NCBI GenBank assembly: GCA_902526865.1
Contig: CABZMK010000005.1
Location: forward strand, 1 to 63,244
Length of the DNA stretch: 63,244 bases
From: an uncultured Alphaproteobacteria bacterium
GTDB lineage: Bacteria > Pseudomonadota > Alphaproteobacteria > Methylaequorales > Methylaequoraceae
Reading direction: 5' to 3'
The translations under genes were made by a program, and so were the position numbers. The first letter of the stretch is position 1. Each line of letters opens with the position of its first letter. This document shows positions 8,800-19,051 of this stretch, in pieces. A model generated the notes under the pieces. It searched no databases. It saw only the letters and a program-made list of their open reading frames with translations, and was not told the DNA's origin.

Positions 8800-9270
8800 A
8801 TGATTAAAAAAGAAATGGTAAATTTAGTTACTCAAATGCAAAAAAGATGGGCAAACATTGTTATTGAAATTGGACAAGAACATAAAAAAAAAAATAATCT
8901 AGATAATTTAACATCAGAATTGATGCAAAAAATATATGCTTTTGATTATTGTGATGTTTTGTTCAAACCTACTATGGCCAAGCTAGATCAATTTAGATCA
9001 TCAAAGGAAGAATTTTTGTCATATTTTTTAGCCCAAAATGATGCATGCAAAGAAGACAGTGGATTTGCAGTTAAAAACTGGAAATCGATAGAATTTAAGA
9101 ACTATAAGATAACAGAGTACAATAATTACATACTTTCCATGGGAAATTATTTTTTTAAAGATCAGGAAAATAAAATACTTAAAGTTGAATATACTTTTGG
9201 ATTTATAAAGATAAATAATAATGAGTTAAGAATCAACCTTCATCACTCATCTATACCTTACGCAGGATGA
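8800..9270 (+). CDS. Iota-class carbonic anhydrase homologue (COG4337/LCIP63-type domain)
   Basis: VLFKPT, QFR, LSYF, EDSGFA, MGNYFF, KVEYTFG and C-terminal LHHSSIPY, all in the family order. Confidence 0.75.
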   Translation: MIKKEMVNLVTQMQKRWANIVIEIGQEHKKKNNLDNLTSELMQKIYAFDYCDVLFKPTMAKLDQFRSSKEEFLSYFLAQNDACKEDSGFAVKNWKSIEFKNYKITEYNNYILSMGNYFFKDQENKILKVEYTFGFIKINNNELRINLHHSSIPYAG

Positions 9271-9331
9271 CCTACTTAATAAAAAATTCAACAAATTTTA
9301 AATTTTACTAGAACACAATTAATTTTTAAAA

Positions 9332-10009
9332 ATGAATAAAGGACTTGTTACAAATATCACTACGCTGTTAATAACTATATATGGAACAGTATCTCCATTC
9401 TATTCTGCAGAAATTTTTATGGCGGGTTTATTCGGATTATCAGGTGGATTGACAAACTGGCTTGCTGTTCATATGCTTTTTGAGAAAGTTCCACTTCTTA
9501 TTGGTTCTGGTGTTATTCCGTTAAGGTTTAAAGAGTTCAAAGAAGGAATAAAAAACTTAATTATGCATGAGTTTTTTTCTTCCAAAGCTTTAGAAAATTT
9601 TTCATCAACAAAGAGTCTTCCTGTAGATGAAATTTTAAATAAAATTAACTATGACGAGATCTATATTAAGCTGATTGAAGCAATAAAAGAATCATCATTA
9701 GGATCTATGCTTCAAATGGTTGGAGGTGAAAAAGCTTTAGAACCTCTAAAGGAACCATTAAAAACAAAAATTAAAGAAACAATCGATGAATTAAAAAATA
9801 AAAATTTTAACAATGGTTCGCTTTCTGATGATTTTAAAAATGAAGTTGAGTTAATTATTGACTCAAGATTGAATGAATTGAGTCCAGAACAGGTAAAGTT
9901 TATAATAAAAGATATTATTCACAAACATCTTGGATGGCTAGTTGTATGGGGAGGTGTTTTTGGGTTTTTAATTGGTCTTTTATTAGGTTTTCTTGGAGGT
10001 TTAAGTTGA
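9332..10009 (+). CDS. DUF445 family membrane protein
   Basis: GGLTNWLAVHMLFEKVPLLIGSGVIP and C-terminal HLGWLVVWGGVFGFLIG. Confidence 0.85.
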   Translation: MNKGLVTNITTLLITIYGTVSPFYSAEIFMAGLFGLSGGLTNWLAVHMLFEKVPLLIGSGVIPLRFKEFKEGIKNLIMHEFFSSKALENFSSTKSLPVDEILNKINYDEIYIKLIEAIKESSLGSMLQMVGGEKALEPLKEPLKTKIKETIDELKNKNFNNGSLSDDFKNEVELIIDSRLNELSPEQVKFIIKDIIHKHLGWLVVWGGVFGFLIGLLLGFLGGLS

Positions 10010-11481
10010 AAAAGACATTTTTTAATTTTAATAATACATATCATAAATTACCAAAAACTTTTTATCAAGAAATCAAACCAAAACCAGTATCGAATCCAAA
10101 ACTAATAGAATACAATTTTGAACTTTCAAAATTTTTGAACGTTAATAATTGCGTTGCAGACCAAGATCAAGGCAAATTAATTTTCTCTGGAAATAATTTA
10201 CCCGAGGGAGCTAAACCAATCGCTATGGTCTACGCTGGACATCAGTTTGGAAATTTTGTGCCACAACTTGGTGATGGGAGAGCAATTTTAATTGGGGAAC
10301 AGATTGCAAAAAATGGAGAAAGATTTGATATACAACTTAAAGGATCAGGAAGGACTGCTTTTTCTAGACAAGGAGATGGAAGATCTCCACTTGGGCCTGT
10401 TATAAGAGAGTATATTCTTAGTGAGTCATTGCATTATCTTGGAATAAAGAGTACACGCTCATTAGCAATGGTAAGCACTGGTGAAACGGTTCTAAGAGAA
10501 GTGCCTCTTCAAGGCGGAATTTTAACCAGAGTTGCTTCCAGTCACATAAGAATTGGAACATTTGAATTTTTCTTTTTTAAAGAGGATTTTTCTTCACTTA
10601 AAAGATTAGCTGATTATTCAATCACAAGACACTTTGCAAATAAAAATAAAAATAAGCCTTACGAATATCTTTTACAAAGTGTTATTAAGTTACAAGCCGA
10701 ATTAGTTGCAAAATGGATGAGTGTTGGCTTTATTCATGGAGTAATGAATACAGATAATACTTCTATAAGTGGAGAAACCATAGACTTTGGCCCATGCGCC
10801 TTCATGGATGAATACCATCCAAATAGAGTCTTCAGTTATATTGATCAAGGTGGAAGATATTCTTACATTAATCAAGGTAAAATAATGTTGTGGAACCTAT
10901 CTAAGTTTGCAGAATGCCTTATACCTCTTTTAGACAATAACTTTGAAACTGCGAAAAAAAAAGCTATTAACTGTTTATCAATCTATCCAAAATATTTTGA
11001 AGAGATTTGGTTAGATGAAATGAGAAAAAAATTAGGATTAAAAAAAAAAATGAAAGATGATCATATTTTAATAAACGATTTTTTTAAAATAATGCAAACA
11101 AATAATATGGATTTTACATTATCTTTCAGAAATCTCTCAAAAATCACATCCTCCAAAACAAACAGTTTTTTTGAAAAAGAATTGAAGGCATCAAATGAAG
11201 CAAAAAATTGGTTTGAAAAATGGAATAAAAGGCTTGAGACTGAAAATTCATCACGGTTAATTATTTCAAAGAATATGTTAAATATTAATCCCATTTATAT
11301 TCCAAGAAATCACTTGGTAGATTCCGCAATACATCAAGCTATTCAAGAAAATGATTTTTCAAAGATGAAAGAACTTTTGGAATTAGTTCGAGAACCATTC
11401 AAAGAAAAAAAATCAAAAAAATCTTACGGCCTTCCTCCAAAACCAGATGAGGTAATTACAAATACTTTCTGTGGAACTTAA
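10006..11481 (+). CDS. selO: Protein adenylyltransferase SelO (YdiU family)
   Basis: YAGHQFG...LGDGRA, QLKGSGRTAFSRQGDGR, GFIHGVMNTDN and DFGP. TTG start at 10006 follows GGAGGT and overlaps the DUF445 stop (TTGA). Confidence 0.93.
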   Translation: MKKTFFNFNNTYHKLPKTFYQEIKPKPVSNPKLIEYNFELSKFLNVNNCVADQDQGKLIFSGNNLPEGAKPIAMVYAGHQFGNFVPQLGDGRAILIGEQIAKNGERFDIQLKGSGRTAFSRQGDGRSPLGPVIREYILSESLHYLGIKSTRSLAMVSTGETVLREVPLQGGILTRVASSHIRIGTFEFFFFKEDFSSLKRLADYSITRHFANKNKNKPYEYLLQSVIKLQAELVAKWMSVGFIHGVMNTDNTSISGETIDFGPCAFMDEYHPNRVFSYIDQGGRYSYINQGKIMLWNLSKFAECLIPLLDNNFETAKKKAINCLSIYPKYFEEIWLDEMRKKLGLKKKMKDDHILINDFFKIMQTNNMDFTLSFRNLSKITSSKTNSFFEKELKASNEAKNWFEKWNKRLETENSSRLIISKNMLNINPIYIPRNHLVDSAIHQAIQENDFSKMKELLELVREPFKEKKSKKSYGLPPKPDEVITNTFCGT

Positions 11482-11885
11482 ATTACTGAGAATCCAAATT
11501 TTTTGCTTTGAATTAAAATTTGGTCTTCTGCTTCAAGCCAAAGTGGAATAGCTTCATCTAAAGTTTTAAACCCTTTTTCAGTTAATTTCATTACTTTTTT
11601 TCTTGAGTCCTTTGATTTTATTTGTTTAATAAATCCATCTTTAAGCAGAATATTTAACCCTCTAGTTAGAGTTGTTCTATCCATAAATAGTTCCTCTGAA
11701 AGTGAAATCAAAGTCTTATTTTCACTTGTTGCTATAAATGATAGTATAGTGAACTGAGTTATTCTAATGCCTACAGATTTTAATTTTTTATCGTAAAACT
11801 GAGTAGTTAATCGTGAAGCCTTTCTCATTTTAAAGCATTTACAACTAGTTAGTTGTCTATATTTAAATGATTTAGTTCTTTCCAT
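11478..11885 (-). CDS. MarR family transcriptional regulator
   Basis: CKCFKMRKASRLTTQFYD...ITQFTIL...MDRTTLTRGL...DSRKKVMKLTEKG winged helix. Confidence 0.9.
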   Translation of the reverse strand: MERTKSFKYRQLTSCKCFKMRKASRLTTQFYDKKLKSVGIRITQFTILSFIATSENKTLISLSEELFMDRTTLTRGLNILLKDGFIKQIKSKDSRKKVMKLTEKGFKTLDEAIPLWLEAEDQILIQSKKFGFSVI

Positions 11886-11936
11886 ATATTCTTTTAAATT
11901 TTAGTTATAAATAATTCATAATGTAGCATTCATTAT

Positions 11937-12305
11937 CTAATGAGAATCTAAATCTTTTTTGATATCCTCATGGTCCCCAATTACAATATGATTTTTACTT
12001 TTTGTTACAAATCTCTCAAGAAGTGGAATAAAGGCAAGAGGGATTAAACCGCCAATAACAATTCCTAAAATCATGCTTCTAATATGCGGATCAAGATAAC
12101 TAGCAATTACATCAGCAATTATATGAGATAGTGCAGCTCCAAATATGCCAGCAACATAACCGTTAGAAATAATTTTTAGAAACCTATTTATACTGAAAGC
12201 TGAATAATATCCAACCAACATAATACTTACATGCACAAATCCAAATACTAGACCCCTAAGGTTTGCATTAGTTTCTCTGAGTAAATTTTCTACCAAATGT
12301 TCCAT
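11937..12305 (-). CDS. Small three-TM hypothetical membrane protein (TMEM65-like motifs)
   Basis: Three Gly/Ala-rich hydrophobic segments; FGFVHVSIMLVG and GAALSHIIAD. Confidence 0.65.
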   Translation of the reverse strand: MEHLVENLLRETNANLRGLVFGFVHVSIMLVGYYSAFSINRFLKIISNGYVAGIFGAALSHIIADVIASYLDPHIRSMILGIVIGGLIPLAFIPLLERFVTKSKNHIVIGDHEDIKKDLDSH

Positions 12306-12473
12306 TAACTCTATTTTGTAATACCAAATTAATAAGTGTATTTAACTAGTTTTACTTTTTTAAGTAAATATATTAATAATTAAATAATAAATAAAATTTT
12401 TAGTGGTAATGATTAGGGGTAAAAAGTCAATTTTAAGCTCGCAGTAGCACAGAAATTAAAAGGTTATAGTTTA

Positions 12474-12563
12474 TGGCGGAGAGAGAGGGATTCGAACCCT
12501 CGAAACAGTTACCTGTTTACACGCTTTCCAAGCGTGCGCCTTCAGCCACTCGGCCACCTCTCC
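12474..12563 (-). tRNA. tRNA-Ser(GGA)
   Basis: 90 nt GGAGAGGTGGCCGAGTGG...CACGC-TTGGAAA-GCGTG, long variable arm, GGTTCGAATCC, encoded CCA. Confidence 0.97.
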
Positions 12564-12564
12564 G

Positions 12565-14364
12565 TTAATTATTTGAAGTTTTGAGAACATTTATAAAAGC
12601 TGATTGAGGAATTTCTACTTTACCAAATTGCCTCATTCTTTTTTTTCCTTTTTTCTGCTTGTCCAATAATTTATTTTTTCTTGTAACATCACCCCCATAC
12701 AACTTTGCTGTTACGTCTTTTCTATAACTATTGATTGTTTCTCTAGCTATTATTTTACCACCTATTGCAGCTTGAAGCGGTATTTTGAATTGTTGTTTAG
12801 GAATCAATTTGCATAATTTTTCGCAATACACTTTTCCTCTTGAAACTGACTTTGATCTGTGACAAATAAAAGAAAGAGCATCAACTGATTCAGAATTTAC
12901 AAGAATTTGAACTCTGACCAAGTCACTTTCAACATATTCCTTGAACTCATAATCAAAACTTGCATACCCACTGGTGATAGATTTTAGTCTATCATAAAAA
13001 TCAAAAACTACTTCTGAAAGGGGTAATAGGTACTCTATCAAAGCTCTTTTTCCAACGTAACTAAGGTTTTTCTGTATTCCTCTTCTTTCTGTACAAAGTT
13101 GTATCACTGATCCAAGATATTCATCAGGAAGCAAAATCGTTGCTTTAATTATCGGTTCAGATATTTTTTTTATTTTCATTATGTCAGGTAGTTCAGAAGG
13201 ATTATGAATATCAAAAGTTTTTCCATCCGTTAGTTCGATCTTATATACTACTGAAGGAGACGTTGTAATTAAGTTCAAATCAAACTCTCTACTCAGTCTT
13301 TCCTGAATTATTTCTAAATGCAACAAACCCAAGAATCCGCATCTGAAACCAAGACCAAGTGCAGCAGATGTTTCTGGTTCAAATGAAAAACTAGCGTCAT
13401 TCAAACCAAGTTTTAAAAGACTATCTCTTAATAGATCGTAGTCGTCAGCATCAATAGGATACAAACCACAAAAGACAACTGGTCTACTAGGTTTAAATCC
13501 TGAAAGGGGTTGATTCGTAGGTTTTAATGAGTCTGTAATTGTATCTCCAACTTTGCAGTCGCTCACATGTTTAATGCCTGCTGTAATAAACCCTATTTCT
13601 CCTTTCTCTAGAACTTCAGAATATTTTATTTTAGGAGTAAAAAATCCGCATCTCTCAACAATGTATGAGGCTTCGGTCCCCATCATTTTAAGTTTCATTC
13701 CTTTTTTAAGTTGTCCAGCATGAACTCTCACTAAAATAATTACCCCTAGATAAGGATCATACCAACTGTCAATTAACATTGCTAAAAGCGAAGTATCTTC
13801 CACTGTTTTAGGGCAAGGAAGCCTCTCAACTATTGCTTCTAGTAGTTCATCTATACCATTACCTGTTTTTGCAGAAACAAGAATAGCGTTTGATGCATCC
13901 AAGCCTATTACATCTTCTATTTGTTTTTTTATTCTCTCTGGTTCAGAAGAAGGTAAATCTATTTTGTTCAAAACAGGAATTATTTCATGATTATTTTCTA
14001 TAGCCTGATAAACATTTGCTAAAGTTTGAGCTTCAACGCCTTGAGAAGAATCAACAACCAGAAGTGAGCCTTCACAAGATGCCAAAGATCTACTCACCTC
14101 ATAAGAAAAGTCAACGTGACCAGGCGTATCCATTAAGTTAAAGTTATAAATTTCTTTATTTTTTGCTTTATATTTGAGATAAACAGTTTGGGCTTTTATC
14201 GTAATTCCTCTCTCTCGCTCTATTTCCATTGAATCCAAAACTTGTTCTTTCATTTCTCTCTCAGGCAATCCTCCACACCTTTGAATTATTCTGTCAGCAA
14301 GGGTCGACTTTCCATGATCTATGTGTGCGATAATTGAAAAATTTCTAATTCTTTCAATTAACAT
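12565..14364 (-). CDS. lepA: Elongation factor 4
   Basis: [27 protein letters not shown] and the C-terminal [11 protein letters not shown] domain. Confidence 0.98.
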   Translation of the reverse strand: MLIERIRNFSIIAHIDHGKSTLADRIIQRCGGLPEREMKEQVLDSMEIERERGITIKAQTVYLKYKAKNKEIYNFNLMDTPGHVDFSYEVSRSLASCEGSLLVVDSSQGVEAQTLANVYQAIENNHEIIPVLNKIDLPSSEPERIKKQIEDVIGLDASNAILVSAKTGNGIDELLEAIVERLPCPKTVEDTSLLAMLIDSWYDPYLGVIILVRVHAGQLKKGMKLKMMGTEASYIVERCGFFTPKIKYSEVLEKGEIGFITAGIKHVSDCKVGDTITDSLKPTNQPLSGFKPSRPVVFCGLYPIDADDYDLLRDSLLKLGLNDASFSFEPETSAALGLGFRCGFLGLLHLEIIQERLSREFDLNLITTSPSVVYKIELTDGKTFDIHNPSELPDIMKIKKISEPIIKATILLPDEYLGSVIQLCTERRGIQKNLSYVGKRALIEYLLPLSEVVFDFYDRLKSITSGYASFDYEFKEYVESDLVRVQILVNSESVDALSFICHRSKSVSRGKVYCEKLCKLIPKQQFKIPLQAAIGGKIIARETINSYRKDVTAKLYGGDVTRKNKLLDKQKKGKKRMRQFGKVEIPQSAFINVLKTSNN

Positions 14365-16751
14365 TATCTTAACTTCGCATTAAATTGTGTCTTAGCTTGA
14401 GAAATTATTTTAGTGGATAACTCGTTAATTTCATTTTCGCTTAGAGTTTTTGAGTCCGATTGGATAATCACTTCCAAAGCAATTGCTCGCAAATTTTCGT
14501 TCTCATAATTATCAAAAACTTTTACCTCGGAGATGATGTCTCTATCAATGTTTTTAATATAATTAACAAGATCAATTGACTTAAGCTTTTTATCCACTTC
14601 AAAAGAAAAGTCCCTTACTGAGTGTTGAAAATTAGATTCAAAAAATTTATTTTTTGTTTGAATACTTTTTTTTATATTTTCTAATATCTCTGAAATATAT
14701 ACCTCAAGAACAATAACCGTATTTTTAATCTTAAAACTTTTTGACACATTAGGATGAATCTCACCAAAACTAGCAATTTTTAATTCAGAAAAATATATAT
14801 AACAACTTTTTCCTGGATGAAAAAAATTATTATTTTCGTTTTTAATTTTGATCTTATCTAATGGAATTTTCAATAATCTAAGCAGACTCACTAAATCGGA
14901 TTTTATATCGAAAACATCGTAATTTCTGTTATCGTCAGTCCAATTTTTGTCTATTGCTTTCCCCGACCTAATTATTGTTAGACGGTCTTTTTGCTCGCCT
15001 GGGTAAATACCAGTGAAAACTGGTCCTATTTCAAATATTGATATATTTTGGCGATCTTTATTATTATTTTTTTTTACAATATTTAATAGTCCGCCTAATA
15101 GAGTCTGTCGTAAACATGATAGTTCTTCACTGATAGGATTTTGAATTTCTATATTATCTGAATCTCCTGTTATATTTTCCTCCCATTTTTTATTTGAAAA
15201 AGACCAAGAAATAGTTTCCATGATATTGCGACTCACAAGAAGTTCTTTTATTTGTCTTTTTATTTTTTGAGTTTCAGAAGTAACACTCGCTTCATTATTT
15301 TTTTTTAAATCGAAAGGTTTGTTTGGTATCTTTTCGTAACCTAAAAGTCTACCAACCTCTTCTACCAAGTCCTCTTTAATTTTTAAATCTTGTCTCCAAG
15401 ATGGCGGGATTATTAAAAATTTATCTTTTAAGTCTGTTATTTGACAACCTAAGTTAGCTAATTTTTCACAAATTAAATCTTCTTCTATTTCGCGACCCAA
15501 TATCTTTTCGAAAAACTTTTTCTCAACGCTTATTTTAGAAAAAGATTTAGTTAGGTTAGAATCAGAAACGATTGAACCAACTTTTCCCCCACAAAGTTTA
15601 AGTATCATCTCTGTAGAAAGTTCAATTCCATCAAATGTAGATTCTGGGTCGATACCTCTTTCAAATCTATATCTTGCATCGCTGACAATATTTAATTTAC
15701 GACCTGTTGATGCAACATTTTCTGGCATAAAATATGCTGACTCAATTAGAATATTTTTAGTATTTTCATCACAAGACGAATTTAATCCACCCATAACACC
15801 AGCTAAACTTATTATTTTTTTTTCATCGCAGATTACTATCATATCCTTGTCCAACGTATATTCTTTTTCGTCTAATCCAATAAATTTTTCACCTCTTTCT
15901 GAATTTCTTATAGTTATATTTCCTTCAATTTTATCTAAGTCAAATACGTGTAATGGTCTGCAATAATCAACAGTTAAATAATTCGTTACATCTACCAATG
16001 CGGATATAACTTTTAATCCTGACCCTTCAAATCGCTTGATAATCTTCTCTGGAGACTTACGATTCTTTACGCCCATCATTTGTCGAAGTGAAAACTGAGG
16101 GCATGAATTAGATTTAAGTGTATTATTAATTTTTATTGAGCTTTTGAAATCATTTTCAATTTTTTTTATTTTTTTTTGTTTTAACTTCCCAAACCCAGAA
16201 GCACTCAGATCTCTTGCAATACCAAAAACACTTGCACAATCAACTCTATTCGGGGTAATAGCAATCTCAATTTCTATAATTTCATCATCTATATATTTGT
16301 TGAAGTCTTCCCCAACTTTGGCGTTTTCATTTAATTCAATAATACCCTCTGATTCCTCAGATAAATTTAATTCTTCTTCAGAACACAACATCCCTTGAGA
16401 CTCAACACCCCTAATCTTACTTTTTTTGATTTTAAATTGATCTTCCTTATTAGGTTTAACTATGCATCCAACACTCGCTAGAACTGTTTTCATATTCTTT
16501 TTTACATTTGAAGCGCCGCAAACAATTTTTAAAATTTCTTTTCCATTATTTACGTCACAAATTTTCAATTTGTCTGCATTTGGATGTGAATTGACTTCAA
16601 TTACTTCTGAAACCAAAAATTCATTAAGATCATTTGTTGGATTTTTTACTTCTTCAACTTCAAGACCAATAGAAGTTAATTTTTGGCATAATAAATCTAT
16701 AGATGAATCAAACTCAAGGTATTCTTTTAACCATGCTAACGTGAATCTCAC
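14364..16751 (-). CDS. pheT: Phenylalanine-tRNA ligase beta subunit
   Basis: GTG start. HPNADKL tRNA-binding domain, [17 protein letters not shown]; follows pheS. Confidence 0.97.
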   Translation of the reverse strand: MRFTLAWLKEYLEFDSSIDLLCQKLTSIGLEVEEVKNPTNDLNEFLVSEVIEVNSHPNADKLKICDVNNGKEILKIVCGASNVKKNMKTVLASVGCIVKPNKEDQFKIKKSKIRGVESQGMLCSEEELNLSEESEGIIELNENAKVGEDFNKYIDDEIIEIEIAITPNRVDCASVFGIARDLSASGFGKLKQKKIKKIENDFKSSIKINNTLKSNSCPQFSLRQMMGVKNRKSPEKIIKRFEGSGLKVISALVDVTNYLTVDYCRPLHVFDLDKIEGNITIRNSERGEKFIGLDEKEYTLDKDMIVICDEKKIISLAGVMGGLNSSCDENTKNILIESAYFMPENVASTGRKLNIVSDARYRFERGIDPESTFDGIELSTEMILKLCGGKVGSIVSDSNLTKSFSKISVEKKFFEKILGREIEEDLICEKLANLGCQITDLKDKFLIIPPSWRQDLKIKEDLVEEVGRLLGYEKIPNKPFDLKKNNEASVTSETQKIKRQIKELLVSRNIMETISWSFSNKKWEENITGDSDNIEIQNPISEELSCLRQTLLGGLLNIVKKNNNKDRQNISIFEIGPVFTGIYPGEQKDRLTIIRSGKAIDKNWTDDNRNYDVFDIKSDLVSLLRLLKIPLDKIKIKNENNNFFHPGKSCYIYFSELKIASFGEIHPNVSKSFKIKNTVIVLEVYISEILENIKKSIQTKNKFFESNFQHSVRDFSFEVDKKLKSIDLVNYIKNIDRDIISEVKVFDNYENENLRAIALEVIIQSDSKTLSENEINELSTKIISQAKTQFNAKLR

Positions 16752-16752
16752 C

Positions 16753-17817
16753 TTACCTCCAACTCAAGTCAGTTTTCTCAAAAAAACTAAATCCATAATG
16801 CTCTAACCACTTCAAATCACTATCAAAAAAATCTCGAAGATCAGGCATTCCATATTTTAGCATAGCAAGCCTTTCAATGCCCATCCCAAATGCAAAACCA
16901 GTTACATCTTGTTTAACTTCTGACATCCTAAAAACTTCAGGGTGAACAAGACCACAACCTAAGATTTCCATCCACTTGTCACCTTCCCCAATAATGATTT
17001 GTCCAGACTCTTTCTTAAAATTTATATCGACCTCAGCTGATGGTTCGGTGAACGGAAAATATGAAGGTCTAAATCTGAGTTTAAGGTCATTTTTTTCAAA
17101 AAAAGTTTTACAAAAAGATTCTACAAACCATTTTAAATTTGCAAATGTTATATCCTTGTCTACCACCAAACCCTCAACTTGATGAAACATAGGCGTGTGT
17201 GTCATATCTGAATCACATCGATATGTTCTTCCGGGTGCAAAAATTTTCAATGGAAGTTTATTTTTTTTTAGAGAACGAATTTGCACTGGCGATGTATGAG
17301 TTCTTAAAACGAATTTTTCATGAGTTTTACATTTAATGTAGAATGTATCATGCATTTGTCTTGCTGGGTGATTTTCCGGAATATTCAGCGCCGAAAAATT
17401 ATGAAAATCATCTTCTATATCTGGTCCCTCTTCATAGGATAAACCCATGTCACCTAAAATATTGACTATTTCGTTGGTAGTGTGACTTATTGGATGAACT
17501 TTTGCTTCAATAAAATTAACTTCACGAGCTGGTAATGATAAATCTATAAAATCATTTTCTAATTTTTTATTTATTTCTAAATTTTCAATCTGGTTTTTCT
17601 TTCTAGAAAAGCTAGAAAAGAAAAGATTTTTAAAACCATTTAACTTCTCACCCACGCTTTTTTTCTCTTCAATAGACAATGTTGATAAAGATTTAAGTGC
17701 ATTAGTAAAAGTACCATTTTTACCAAAATATTTAATTCTTACTTGTTCAAGCTTTTCACTTGCGTTGGAATCTTCAACCTCTTTCAAGGCTGATTGAATT
17801 ATTTCATCGTAATTCAT
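16753..17817 (-). CDS. pheS: Phenylalanine-tRNA ligase alpha subunit
   Basis: HPARQMHDTF, LRTHTSPVQ, FRPSYFPFTEPSAE and GFAFGMGIERLAM. Confidence 0.98.
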   Translation of the reverse strand: MNYDEIIQSALKEVEDSNASEKLEQVRIKYFGKNGTFTNALKSLSTLSIEEKKSVGEKLNGFKNLFFSSFSRKKNQIENLEINKKLENDFIDLSLPAREVNFIEAKVHPISHTTNEIVNILGDMGLSYEEGPDIEDDFHNFSALNIPENHPARQMHDTFYIKCKTHEKFVLRTHTSPVQIRSLKKNKLPLKIFAPGRTYRCDSDMTHTPMFHQVEGLVVDKDITFANLKWFVESFCKTFFEKNDLKLRFRPSYFPFTEPSAEVDINFKKESGQIIIGEGDKWMEILGCGLVHPEVFRMSEVKQDVTGFAFGMGIERLAMLKYGMPDLRDFFDSDLKWLEHYGFSFFEKTDLSWR

Positions 17818-17829
17818 TCTAGGATTGCT

Positions 17830-18180
17830 TTAGGCAGCTTTTACTTTTGCCACTATTTCTTTAAACGAATCTGGTTCGAGCGCAGCAATGTCAGCTAGGA
17901 CTTTTCTGTTAAAATTAAGATTAACTTTTTTCAATCCATTCATAAAAGTTGAGTATCTTATTCCATTTAATCTACACCCTGCGTTTATCCTCTGAATCCA
18001 AAGTCTTCTAAACTCTCTTTTTTTTACTTTTCTATCTCTGTAAGCGTACTGCCCTGCTTTTTCAACAGCCTGGTTGGCCACTTTAAAAGTATTTTTTCTT
18101 CTTCCAAAATAACCTTTAGCTCTCTTTAAAATTTTTTTGTGTCTTGACCTTGTTACACTGCCTGCTTTGACTCGTGACAT
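17830..18180 (-). CDS. rplT: 50S ribosomal protein L20
   Basis: MSRVK...AKGYFGRR...[22 protein letters not shown]. Confidence 0.98.
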   Translation of the reverse strand: MSRVKAGSVTRSRHKKILKRAKGYFGRRKNTFKVANQAVEKAGQYAYRDRKVKKREFRRLWIQRINAGCRLNGIRYSTFMNGLKKVNLNFNRKVLADIAALEPDSFKEIVAKVKAA

Positions 18181-18185
18181 TTAGA

Positions 18186-18389
18186 TTACCTTAGTTTCGC
18201 ATTAATATATTTTTTTACAATTTTTGTATCTTGTTTGGACATCACAGTTGGACCTCTTGACGACCTTTTCATGGTTTTAGTTCTTTTTGATAGATTATGT
18301 CTTTTTCCGCTTGCAAACATCAACACTTTACCAGTTGCTGTTACTTTGAATCTTTTTTTTGTTCCACTTTTTGTTTTTATTTTAGGCAT
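18186..18389 (-). CDS. rpmI: 50S ribosomal protein L35
   Basis: [21 protein letters not shown]; start at ATG 18389. Confidence 0.97.
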   Translation of the reverse strand: MPKIKTKSGTKKRFKVTATGKVLMFASGKRHNLSKRTKTMKRSSRGPTVMSKQDTKIVKKYINAKLR

Positions 18390-18443
18390 AATAAAATTAT
18401 TTATAGCGTTTTTTTTTGTCAAAGCAAGGTTGTTTTTTTAAAG

Positions 18444-18977
18444 CTATCTCGGTGCTACAACCATAATCATATGTTTGCCTTCGAGTGTTGGTACCTGCTC
18501 AATTTTTGCCAAAGGTTCTATCTGACTTTCTAATTTTTTAAGAACATCCATGCCTCTTTGATGATGCGCCATTTCTCTTCCTTTAAATCTTAATGTAATC
18601 TTGACTTTATCACCTCCATTTAAAAAACGTTGAATAGACTTTAGCTTTACAACATAGTCATGGTCTTCGATGCCAGGTCTAAGTTTCACTTCTTTCACCT
18701 CAAAGGTTTTTTGTTTTTTTTTAGCTTCAGCCTGCTTTTTTTGTATTTGATACTTATATTTTCCATAATCTATGATTTTACAGACAGGAGGTGACGCATT
18801 GGGTGAAACTTCAACAAGATCCAAGCCCTGTTCGAATGCAAGTTTTACTGCGTCCTGAACGTCATAAACTCCTAACATTTCGCCTTTTTCTGAGATTACT
18901 CTAACAGATGTAGATTTGATTCTTTCGTTAATAGCTGGACCTTTCAGCTTTGGTGAGTGAAATCGACCTTTATTCAT
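18444..18977 (-). CDS. infC: Translation initiation factor IF-3
   Basis: INERI, GLDLVEVSPNASPPVCKIIDYGKYKY and KEVKLRPGIEDHD. Confidence 0.98.
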   Translation of the reverse strand: MNKGRFHSPKLKGPAINERIKSTSVRVISEKGEMLGVYDVQDAVKLAFEQGLDLVEVSPNASPPVCKIIDYGKYKYQIQKKQAEAKKKQKTFEVKEVKLRPGIEDHDYVVKLKSIQRFLNGGDKVKITLRFKGREMAHHQRGMDVLKKLESQIEPLAKIEQVPTLEGKHMIMVVAPR

Positions 18978-19051
18978 ATTTAACTAATTGCATATTTTAA
19001 AAAAATTCCTTTCATCTTGCAATTTACATTATTCCTTCAAATATTCACACT

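Noticed and set aside
8726-8811. 13-nt direct repeat AATGATTAAAAAA and a 26-codon upstream ORF before the carbonic anhydrase homologue
   Set aside because: Low-complexity AT-rich sequence in which such repeats and short ORFs are expected by chance.
9934-10005. N-terminal extension of SelO in the ORF track
   Set aside because: It lies inside DUF445. TTG 10006 has a good Shine-Dalgarno and the usual stop/start overlap. Over-long starts for rnd (26613), rpmI (18422), ihfB (37319) and PepSY (4816) were trimmed for similar reasons.
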